From positions 1-41,495 of the forward strand of contig CAIWRR010000064.1 in assembly GCA_903915125.1 (NCBI GenBank): a stretch of DNA of 41,495 nt, read 5' to 3'. A model generated the notes under the pieces. It saw only the letters and a list, made by a program, of their open reading frames with translations. It ran no database searches and was not told the origin of the DNA. Shown here piece by piece: positions 17,234 to 25,217 of the stretch. Source of the DNA: Candidatus Firestoneibacteriota bacterium. GTDB lineage: Bacteria; Oederibacteriota; D2-FULL-39-29; CAIOVX01. How positions within the stretch are numbered: the stretch's first letter is position 1; each line of letters begins with the position of its first letter. The position numbers and the translations under genes were made by a program.

Positions 17234-17835
17234 CGAAAATATTCATGGCGTTTCTCTTTGCAGTCTGGGCTATACCGGTTCTTGCCGATAATCAGCCTCA
17301 GCCGCAGGCGACTCCCGAGAGAAGTCAGCCGGTTTTTGGTCCCAAAATTGAAGAACTCTCCGTGAAACAGGCAGAAATAGCGGGCGAGATTCTTACAATT
17401 AAAGGTTCTGTCAGGTGGTTGTCTGAAAGAATTAGTATTGTAACGAAGGACGTTGCCTCCGGGAATAATGCGTCTGAACTTCTCGGGGCTGATTTGAAAA
17501 AAACGCAGGCTGGTTTGGATAGGGCTATAAAACAAGCCTCTGCCTTTGCGGATGACCTTGATTCTTTGAAGGCAAAACTGGGTTACCTTGCAGATGAATC
17601 AAAGGTCAGGTCTGACGATTTTAGGAGTTTGCGCGAGAACATCTCTTCTTTGAAGAAAAGCGTGGATGAGAACACCGAGAGCCTTATTGATTGCCGTAAA
17701 ACATGCCTGCAGCTGCGCGATGAATTAAACAAGAGCAGCAGGTTGACGCCGGAAGATCCTGCCGGCTGGCCCTATTGGGGAGTGGCCGGGACGGCGGTTG
17801 GGATACTCGCGTTGATTTTAGCGATAGTGAAATAA
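17230..17835 (+). CDS. Hypothetical exported coiled-coil protein with C-terminal membrane anchor
   Basis: Signal-peptide-like N-terminus, heptad-rich middle, hydrophobic C-terminus; ATGA overlap with nuoN. Confidence 0.75.
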   Translation: MTKIFMAFLFAVWAIPVLADNQPQPQATPERSQPVFGPKIEELSVKQAEIAGEILTIKGSVRWLSERISIVTKDVASGNNASELLGADLKKTQAGLDRAIKQASAFADDLDSLKAKLGYLADESKVRSDDFRSLRENISSLKKSVDENTESLIDCRKTCLQLRDELNKSSRLTPEDPAGWPYWGVAGTAVGILALILAIVK

Positions 17836-17846
17836 TACCATAAAAA

Positions 17847-17888
17847 AGTTTGTAACGTTCTTAACGTTTGTAACGTTTGTAACGTAAA
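17847..17888 (+). repeat. 9-bp repeat array copy E: AGTTTGTAA-CGTTCTTAA-CGTTTGTAA-CGTTTGTAA-CGTAAA
   Basis: Lies 11 nt after the upstream stop and just before the yicC SD. Confidence 0.92.
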
Positions 17889-17904
17889 CAACCAGGAGAC
17901 TATT

Positions 17905-18771
17905 ATGAATAGCATGACGGGGTTTGGGCGGGGAGTTAAAGAAGCCAAGGGCGTCCGCTATTCAGTGGAGATAAGTTCGGTAAACCACAAGTACTTCGAT
18001 GTGAGTTTCCGCATGCCCGGATCAATGAACGAATATCAGAATAAGCTGAGAGAATTGCTGCACGCAAAAATTGACCGCGGTCATATTGAAGTCAATATTT
18101 TCGCATGGGAAAACAAGGAAGAGAAAGAAATAGTCGTAAACAGCAAGCTTGCGCGGAAATATCTCGGCGCGCTATCGGGGCTTGGAAAGACGCTGAAATT
18201 AGACGGGGGAATATCCATAGACCAAATACTTAAGTTTAACGACATAATCAGGACCTCGGAACATAAGGAAACCAGCTTCCCTGCGCTAAAAGAGGCTTTC
18301 GAGACAGCCCTTAAGAGCCTGACGGCCGCAAGAAAGAATGAAGGCGCGAAAGTCTGTAAAGACATAAGCGCCAGGACAGGTTCTCTGTCAAAGATGCTCG
18401 ATACCATAATAAAGATCAACGCCAGAATAATGCCGGAAAAGAAAAAGGCAGTAACGGAAAAACTGCAGGAGATATTTAAAAATGTAGAGAAGATAGACCA
18501 GAACAGGATTTGCGCGGAAGCTTCTTTGATGGTTGAAAGGGCGGACATCTCCGAAGAAATAGCCAGACTCTCGGGGCATATCGAGGAGTTTAAGCGGATA
18601 GCCGGGGAAAACAAACCCGCCGGCAGGAAGTTTGATTTCCTCCTGCAGGAGTTCATGAGGGAGATTAACACCATCGGCAGCAAATGCAACACAAATGAAA
18701 TATCCCATATTGTTGTCGCCTTCAAGGAAGAACTTGAGAAGGTGAGGGAGCAGGTTCAGAATGTTGAATAG
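17905..18771 (+). CDS. yicC: YicC/YloC family endoribonuclease
   Basis: MNSMTGFGR, SVNHKY, DISEEIARL..H, GRKFDFLLQE..RE.NTIGSK, REQVQNVE. Confidence 0.95.
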   Translation: MNSMTGFGRGVKEAKGVRYSVEISSVNHKYFDVSFRMPGSMNEYQNKLRELLHAKIDRGHIEVNIFAWENKEEKEIVVNSKLARKYLGALSGLGKTLKLDGGISIDQILKFNDIIRTSEHKETSFPALKEAFETALKSLTAARKNEGAKVCKDISARTGSLSKMLDTIIKINARIMPEKKKAVTEKLQEIFKNVEKIDQNRICAEASLMVERADISEEIARLSGHIEEFKRIAGENKPAGRKFDFLLQEFMREINTIGSKCNTNEISHIVVAFKEELEKVREQVQNVE

Positions 18772-18790
18772 CAGCGTCTTTAGCCGGGTT

Positions 18791-19393
18791 ATGAAAAAAT
18801 GGAGCAGGACGAGAGGCAGGCTTGTGGTGATTTCCTCGCCGACTGCCGGTGGCAAGACAACTGTCTGCGCCGCGCTTATAAAATCCGACAGAACCTGCGT
18901 GCGCTCTGTTTCGTGCACTACTCGGCGCCCGAGAAAGGGCGAGGAAGACGGGGTTGACTATTATTTTCTGGGGGAAAAAGCATTCAAAGAGAAAATAAAA
19001 CAGGGTTTCTTCTTGGAATGGGCTAAAGTGCACGACAGTTATTACGGGACGCCCGGAAGGTACGCCGAAGACCTTCTTAAAAAGGGCAAGAACGTAATTT
19101 TAACAATCGACGTGAATGGGGGCAAGCAGGTTAAGAGGAATTTTAAGGACGCGTGTTTTATCTTTCTTCTGCCGCCGTCTTTCAATGAAATGCTCAAGAG
19201 GATTAAGAGGAGAGGGACGGAAAGCAGGGCCGCGGTGAGCCTGCGTCTTTCAACGGCTGAAAAGGAGTTGAAAGAACTGCCGGCGTATCAATACCTTGTG
19301 ATAAATGACAGTCTTAACGACGCTGTCTGCAGGATAAGATCTATTATTAAAGCTGAGAATTCAAAGATAAAGCATGCCAAGGAGGCACATTAA
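18791..19393 (+). CDS. gmk: Guanylate kinase
   Basis: P-loop SSPTAGGKTT, SCTTRRPRKGEEDGVDYYF, LEWAKVH..YYGTP, IFLLPPS. Start placed at ATG 18791 to avoid overlap with yicC. Confidence 0.95.
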   Translation: MKKWSRTRGRLVVISSPTAGGKTTVCAALIKSDRTCVRSVSCTTRRPRKGEEDGVDYYFLGEKAFKEKIKQGFFLEWAKVHDSYYGTPGRYAEDLLKKGKNVILTIDVNGGKQVKRNFKDACFIFLLPPSFNEMLKRIKRRGTESRAAVSLRLSTAEKELKELPAYQYLVINDSLNDAVCRIRSIIKAENSKIKHAKEAH

Positions 19394-19605
19394 TGTCCAC
19401 ATTCAAGCTTGAAAAGATGCTCGACAAGGTTGACAACAAATATATGCTGACGGTTATCGCCGCAAAACGAGCGAGGGTTCTGAATGACAGGAGTTTCGAT
19501 TTTGACACAAAGTCCGCTTTCCGCAAAGCAACAAGCATCGGACTGGAAGAGGTTCTTGAAGGGAAAGTGACGCTGAAAGCAGAGGGCAAGAAGAAGTCGA
19601 AGTAA
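19393..19605 (+). CDS. rpoZ: RNA polymerase omega subunit
   Basis: NKYMLTVIAAKRAR...K..SIGLEE...GK; TAATG overlap with gmk; canonical position after gmk. Confidence 0.92.
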   Translation: MSTFKLEKMLDKVDNKYMLTVIAAKRARVLNDRSFDFDTKSAFRKATSIGLEEVLEGKVTLKAEGKKKSK

Positions 19606-19625
19606 GTTCCCTTCCAAGGACTAAC

Positions 19626-20321
19626 GTGAGCATTAACGCAAGGGAACAGATAAAGAAACATATCAAAAGGGCCGTAGAGGATGACGGTTATATTTGTTTT
19701 AGGGAAAAGCCCGATAAACCCGAAGGCGCGAAAACTCCGCTTTTCGGGGGGAAGGCCGAAGCTCTCAAGGCGCTCTATGAAAGCATTAAAGACTGCAGGA
19801 AGTGTATTCTGGGTGACTCGCGGAAAAACTTCGTTTTCGGAGAGGGGGATCCCGAGGCAAAGCTGGTTTTTGTCGGCGAGGCCCCCGGTGCGACCGAGGA
19901 TGATCAGGGAAGACCTTTTGTTGGGAAAGCCGGCAAGCTGCTGGACAAAATAATAGAGTCCATAGGTTTCAAGAGAGAAGAGGTCTTTATTCTTAACGTG
20001 CTGAAGTGCCGCCCTCCTGATAACAGGCCGCCTGAACCTGAAGAGGAAAATCTCTGCATTCCGTATCTGAAGGCTCAGATTGAAATTATCGCCCCAAAAA
20101 TTATCTGCACGCTGGGAAATCCGGCGACTCATATTTTGTTGAAAACGGAGATAGGCATTACCAGACTCCGCGGCACAATGCAGGATTACAACGGAATAAC
20201 TGTAATTCCGACCTACCACCCTTCCGCCTGTCTCAGAAATCCTAACCTTAAAGTAGATGTCTGGCATGATGTAAAGCTGCTGAGGAAGGAATATGACAGA
20301 ATATGTCGAAGCGGCGATTAA
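19626..20321 (+). CDS. Uracil-DNA glycosylase family 4 (Fe-S)
   Basis: CRKC, VFGEG, GEAPG..ED..GRPFVG.AG, NVLKCRPP.NR.P, TYHPS. Confidence 0.93.
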   Translation: MSINAREQIKKHIKRAVEDDGYICFREKPDKPEGAKTPLFGGKAEALKALYESIKDCRKCILGDSRKNFVFGEGDPEAKLVFVGEAPGATEDDQGRPFVGKAGKLLDKIIESIGFKREEVFILNVLKCRPPDNRPPEPEEENLCIPYLKAQIEIIAPKIICTLGNPATHILLKTEIGITRLRGTMQDYNGITVIPTYHPSACLRNPNLKVDVWHDVKLLRKEYDRICRSGD

Positions 20322-22149
20322 TGCGCCGGGAGATATTTCTTTCACATATCTGGTTCCGGAAGAGCTGAAAGGACGTCTTTCTTTATACCAGCGCGTTATT
20401 GTTCCTTTAGGCAACAGAAAAGCCATAGCCTTTGTAATAGGATTCCCTGCATCTTCTCCTGTTAAAAATCTCAAGAATATTTTGGCTGCTTATGACCCTT
20501 TGCCTGTCCTGGATAAGAATTTATCTGGCCTTGCGTTTTGGATGGCGGAAGAATATGCTTCTTCATTTGGAATGTGCCTTCACGCGATGCTTCCCGATAA
20601 GTTGAAAGTCTTCCCTCCTTTGAGAGGCAAGTTCCCGCCTTTGCCCGAGAGTTTTGTTGACGGCAGCGGTATTAAGCCTTCAGTACGGTCAATTGAACTT
20701 CCCGGAGCAAAAAGGAATGAGGAATACCTGGATATAATAAAAAAAACGGCGAAGGCCGGCGGCAAATCAATGATAATTCTTCCTGAAACGGAATCAATAC
20801 CTGGTTTTGCGGCGAAAGTCAGAGATGCCGGGGTACCGGTTGTTGAGTCGCACTCGAAACTTGCGCAAGGCAAACAATATTTAGCCCTTGCAGCCATGCA
20901 AGGCGAGGGGCCTCTGTGCGTTGTTGCTTCAAGACAGTGTCTCTTTCTGCCGGTTAGAGACTTGCGCGCAGTAATTCTCGAGGAAGAGAACGCCTCTATA
21001 TACAGGAGCGACGAAACTCCCAGATTCCTTGCCAGGGATGTACTGGTTGAGCGCGCAAAAAGCTCGGGATTTGAAGTTATTCTTGGTTCTTACCTGCTTT
21101 CGGTGGACACAAGGCTCCGTTTTCCTCCAGAAAAGAGCGAGTACTTTAAACCCGGCAGGATAACAGTAGTTGCTTTTAAGAACAGGTTTAGGATGCTCTC
21201 TCCGCTGGCCGTTAAGCCGCTTGAGGATGCTCTAAAACGCGGGAAAAACGCCGTTCTCATAACTACCAGAAAGGGTTACGCCACTGCGGTTTTTTGCGAC
21301 GATTGCGGCGATGTTATCCGCTGCAGTAAATGCGGTATACCGCTTGTTTTGCACAAAGAAGAGAACGTCCTGCGCTGCGGCTACTGCGGCGGGAAAAGCC
21401 CGGCCCGTGATGTTTGTCCAAAATGTAAAGGTGTACTCCTGTCAGGCATAGGCGATGGAGTTGAGCGAGCGGAATCTGAGCTTAGTGAACTTATTCCGGG
21501 GGTAAGTATCGCAAGGATTGACGCCGAAGTTCTTAAAAAAAAATCTGACCGGACCGGCTCTTTGGCAGAGTTTAGATCCGGGAACGGCAAGCTCGCGGTT
21601 GGAACCCACCTCGCCATTGGCTATCTGGCTGGCATGGAAGACGGAGCCGCTGTGATATCCGGTATTGAGCACATAATGAACAGAAATGATTTCCAGGCTG
21701 TTGAAAAAGCTCTTTCTTTTGTCGCAAAAGCAGCTGATACCGCTCCTGCTTCCGCAAAACTGATATTGCAGGTCAGGGATCCCAAAAATCCCGTGGCCAG
21801 AGCCGTCCAGGGCGGATCGGTTGCCGAGTTTATGAAAATAGAACTTGCTCAAAGAAAGGAGCTTCTTTACCCGCCATTCTCAAGACTGGCTTTTGTGACT
21901 CTTAACGGCAGGACAGAAGAAGAGCTTAAGACCATCATTGGAATATTTGGCGTTTCCCTGGAGACGCACAGCGGGGATGCAGTCGAAATTCTTGGCCCGC
22001 TTGAACTCGGTAAATCTCTTGGGGGACACAGGGCTCAATATCTTCTGCGCTCACAGAAAGGGGTCGGCGCCTTAATTAAGACGGCTAAGTCAAAACTTTT
22101 CCAGGATAAAAAGTTAAGAGCTAGAATGCCTGATGTAAATATTATTTGA
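20293..22149 (+). CDS. priA: Primosomal protein N' (PriA), helicase motifs degenerate
   Basis: N-terminal FTY.VP...V.VPLG 3'-DNA-binding domain, RKGYAT..CxxC..CxxC..CxxC..CPxC zinc region, R..L.YPPF; follows gmk-rpoZ. Confidence 0.88.
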   Translation: MTEYVEAAINAPGDISFTYLVPEELKGRLSLYQRVIVPLGNRKAIAFVIGFPASSPVKNLKNILAAYDPLPVLDKNLSGLAFWMAEEYASSFGMCLHAMLPDKLKVFPPLRGKFPPLPESFVDGSGIKPSVRSIELPGAKRNEEYLDIIKKTAKAGGKSMIILPETESIPGFAAKVRDAGVPVVESHSKLAQGKQYLALAAMQGEGPLCVVASRQCLFLPVRDLRAVILEEENASIYRSDETPRFLARDVLVERAKSSGFEVILGSYLLSVDTRLRFPPEKSEYFKPGRITVVAFKNRFRMLSPLAVKPLEDALKRGKNAVLITTRKGYATAVFCDDCGDVIRCSKCGIPLVLHKEENVLRCGYCGGKSPARDVCPKCKGVLLSGIGDGVERAESELSELIPGVSIARIDAEVLKKKSDRTGSLAEFRSGNGKLAVGTHLAIGYLAGMEDGAAVISGIEHIMNRNDFQAVEKALSFVAKAADTAPASAKLILQVRDPKNPVARAVQGGSVAEFMKIELAQRKELLYPPFSRLAFVTLNGRTEEELKTIIGIFGVSLETHSGDAVEILGPLELGKSLGGHRAQYLLRSQKGVGALIKTAKSKLFQDKKLRARMPDVNII

Positions 22150-22249
22150 GGCAGAAAGACGCGCCCTGTCCCCGGGATTCGTGAGTGGTCAGGGTCAGAA
22201 AGTCAGATGATTGAGTGTTTGTGGAGGTTGAGGCATAAGGGAGGATTGA

Positions 22250-23371
22250 GTGGAAAATGAGATTAAGCATAATCTAAGAATGCGGATGGACGCAGTAATT
22301 CTAACAGCAGCTTTTTTAGCGCTATTTACAGCGCCCTTATTCCCCGCGAAAGTAATGACAGGCATAATCGGAGACCTTCTGTCCGACGATTCCGCATTAA
22401 GGCAAAAGGCGCTTTACAGGCTTGATTCCTGTGATGCGAAAGAAAAAGAAGAAATCATTAAATCCCTTGTACTTGGCGCCTGTAAACGAGAGGTTTCCCA
22501 GAAATACGCCTTGCAGGATCTTAAAGCCATTGGTGTTTCCGCTATTTCCCCGGCCATGAATATTCTCGATGATTACAGTCTTGCCGAAGAGCAACCCTGG
22601 GCGGGTTTATGCGTGTCAATCGGGAATCCGGCTATTCCTGTTCTCAAACAACTCTTAAATTCAGAGCAGAACAGGTCTCTTGCGGCAGCGGCGCTTATCC
22701 TGATGATTGATCCGAAGATTCCCGATGTTACCTGCTTTCTTTCAAGGGCTTTAAGCAGATCAAAAGATGACAAGTTGTCAATGTTTTGCCTGAGAAATCT
22801 AAGCCATGCAATTAACCCAACGGACTCGGATATAAAAGCAATAAGCGGACTTGTTGAGGCCGGAGGGAGTATGGGCTCTGCCTCGCTAAATTGCCTGGAT
22901 AAATTCGGCGTTAAATCTGCGTCGGCCGCGCCGGTAGTCATAAAAGCCCTTAAAAAAGGGGAAAAAGACAGCAAGGTCCTGGCCTTAAAGGTTCTGGGCG
23001 GCATGGCAGAAGCTTCGTATGAGTCAGTGCCATATATATGCGAGCTGGCTGCCGGAGGAGACCTGGTAATGCGGTTGAATGCTCTAAGGGCTTTGGGTCA
23101 AATAGGCGTAGACCCGTCCCGCGTTCTGCCGGTTCTTGAGGAAGCGCTAAAAGACGACGATGAGTTCGTAAGGGCCTCAGCAGGAGAGGCAACCGGACTT
23201 TTTGACAAGAAAGCCGTTCGTTCCGTCCCGGTTCTTTCCTCTGCGTTGATGGCGTCAAAAAACATTTACACGCAGGATAAAATAATCCAGGCATTGAGGC
23301 GCATTGGCACTGAAGAAGCCATCGCGGCTGTTGACAGGTTCAGGAAGGAAGTAAGGCAAAAGAAAAATTGA
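22250..23371 (+). CDS. HEAT-repeat protein, probably exported
   Basis: Repeated VP.L..AL.D....VR..A..ALG patterns and a hydrophobic N-terminal stretch. Start uncertain (GTG 22250 or ATG 22280/22286). Confidence 0.82.
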   Translation: MENEIKHNLRMRMDAVILTAAFLALFTAPLFPAKVMTGIIGDLLSDDSALRQKALYRLDSCDAKEKEEIIKSLVLGACKREVSQKYALQDLKAIGVSAISPAMNILDDYSLAEEQPWAGLCVSIGNPAIPVLKQLLNSEQNRSLAAAALILMIDPKIPDVTCFLSRALSRSKDDKLSMFCLRNLSHAINPTDSDIKAISGLVEAGGSMGSASLNCLDKFGVKSASAAPVVIKALKKGEKDSKVLALKVLGGMAEASYESVPYICELAAGGDLVMRLNALRALGQIGVDPSRVLPVLEEALKDDDEFVRASAGEATGLFDKKAVRSVPVLSSALMASKNIYTQDKIIQALRRIGTEEAIAAVDRFRKEVRQKKN

Positions 23372-23382
23372 ATGGAGATAGT

Positions 23383-25179
23383 ATGATAACTATCCAGGAT
23401 TATGTGCATCGCATGAGAAGTTTTGCCGGGAAAACTTTTATTTCCCGGGACGAAGGCGGAACAGTAACTTTAATTGACTTCGGTCAAGCCGCAGGAATTG
23501 TAGATTCTTACTCAAAGGGATTCCTTGAACTTGGCCTGCTGCCTGGAGACAGGGTCGCCGTCTTTTCCGATAATATCCCGGAATGGATACTGATTGTTCT
23601 CGGGATAAATAATGCCGGATTAGTAGATGTACCGCGCGGCGAAAACTCCGATGAAGAAGAGATCAGGTACATAATAGAACACAGCCGTTCAAGATTAGTG
23701 ATAGCCTCCGACGAAACTATGGCAAGAAAGGCTGCAAAATACTCGCACTCTCAGGTCCTGGGTCTTTACACCATAAAGAAAGCAAACGGACTAAAACATA
23801 TTTCAGAGATCAGCGGCATAGGCGCTAAAAGCGACGCTAAAATCCCGCCGGTTTCAGGCAGTTCTTCCTGCAGCATCATCTACACCTCGGGAAGCACAGG
23901 CGCGCCAAAGGGCGTGGAACTTTCGCACGGCAATTTTACGGAGAACGCCGAAGCCTGTACCAGAGCCATAAAAATAAATTCTGCCGATAAATTCCTTTCG
24001 ATTCTTCCCGCCTGGCACGCGTTCGAAAGGATCATAAAGCTCTTTGCGCTTTCACAAGGTTGCGAGACCTTCTATTCCTCGCCTAAAAATCTTCTAAGAG
24101 ATCTGAAGGGGCAGGACCCGACTATTTTGGCCTCTGTGCCGAGAGTTTGGGAGACCATCTACGGCGCCGTAATGAGGAAGGCAGGCGAGAAGGGCAAGCT
24201 GAGAAAAGCTGTTTTCGATATCGGCGTAAAGTCTATTATTGATTCAGGGAAGAAGAATAAAACGCTGCATCCCTCCAAATTAATTGGGCAGTTGGTGAAA
24301 CCATATTTTGACTCAAAAGTATTCTCTGAAATAAGGGCGCAGCTGGGCGGCAGATTCCGTTACGGCGTTTCAGGCGGCAGTAAACTGCCCGCGCATATAG
24401 ACGATTTTTTTGCTGCGGCCGGCATTGAGCTGATAGAAGGTTATGGCCTTACGGAAACTTCTCCGGTGCTCGCAGTGCGGCGTCCCGGAGAAGCGGCCCT
24501 TTATACCGTTGGACCGCTTCTTGACAATGTCAGCGGCAGGATAATAGATCATGAAACCGGCAGAGAAATGCCGGCTGGTTGTGAAGGAATCCTATACGTG
24601 AAAGGCCCGAATATAATGAAAGGGTATTATCGCGATTATGAGAACACGCGTAAAGTACTTGACAGTGAAGGCTGGTTAGATACCGGTGACCGCGGGTATT
24701 TTGATCCGGCCGGCAACCTGGTTATAACAGGAAGGGAAAAAGACATAGTGGTGCTCTCTAACGGCGAGAATGTAAATCCTGTTAAGATAGAAGAGCGCCT
24801 TGCAAAAAGCGAATTTATTGAGAGCATTTTGATAACAGGACATGATTGGAAACATATAGGCGCGCTGATAGTCCCGCGTTTTGAGAAGTTAAATGGTTGG
24901 TGCCTTGCGGCAGGAGTAACTTACAATGAAGAAAATCTCTCATTGACGCTCGCGGAGCCGCGGGTAAGAGAATTATTCAGGCAGGAAATAAGGAAATTCA
25001 TAAACCCTAAGGAAGGATTTAAGGAATACGAACTGGTTCGCGAGTTTCGTCTGCTGCCTCAGTCTTTCATGATAGGCAGAGAGCTAACGGCCACACTGAA
25101 AATGAAGAGAAGGGTTATTGTCGAGCTTTATTCGAAATATGTGGAGAACATGGGTGAAAAGTTAAATAGGGGGCTATAA
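23383..25179 (+). CDS. Long-chain fatty acid--CoA ligase (AMP-binding)
   Basis: IIYTSGSTGAPKG, EGYGLTETSP, GWLDTGD.G, GREKD.IVLSNGENV.P, ELT.TLK.KR; ATG 23383 after GGAG. Confidence 0.93.
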   Translation: MITIQDYVHRMRSFAGKTFISRDEGGTVTLIDFGQAAGIVDSYSKGFLELGLLPGDRVAVFSDNIPEWILIVLGINNAGLVDVPRGENSDEEEIRYIIEHSRSRLVIASDETMARKAAKYSHSQVLGLYTIKKANGLKHISEISGIGAKSDAKIPPVSGSSSCSIIYTSGSTGAPKGVELSHGNFTENAEACTRAIKINSADKFLSILPAWHAFERIIKLFALSQGCETFYSSPKNLLRDLKGQDPTILASVPRVWETIYGAVMRKAGEKGKLRKAVFDIGVKSIIDSGKKNKTLHPSKLIGQLVKPYFDSKVFSEIRAQLGGRFRYGVSGGSKLPAHIDDFFAAAGIELIEGYGLTETSPVLAVRRPGEAALYTVGPLLDNVSGRIIDHETGREMPAGCEGILYVKGPNIMKGYYRDYENTRKVLDSEGWLDTGDRGYFDPAGNLVITGREKDIVVLSNGENVNPVKIEERLAKSEFIESILITGHDWKHIGALIVPRFEKLNGWCLAAGVTYNEENLSLTLAEPRVRELFRQEIRKFINPKEGFKEYELVREFRLLPQSFMIGRELTATLKMKRRVIVELYSKYVENMGEKLNRGL

Positions 25180-25217
25180 CCCGCTATTCCTCGCGCTCGA
25201 AAAACGCCGGAGCAAAG

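Noticed and set aside
5448-17888. 9-bp arrays as a CRISPR array
   Set aside because: Units are 9 bp with no spacers, and no cas genes are present.
22150-22249. GTCAG triplet and G-rich tract between priA and the HEAT gene
   Set aside because: Spacing is irregular and no clear structure or family is evident.
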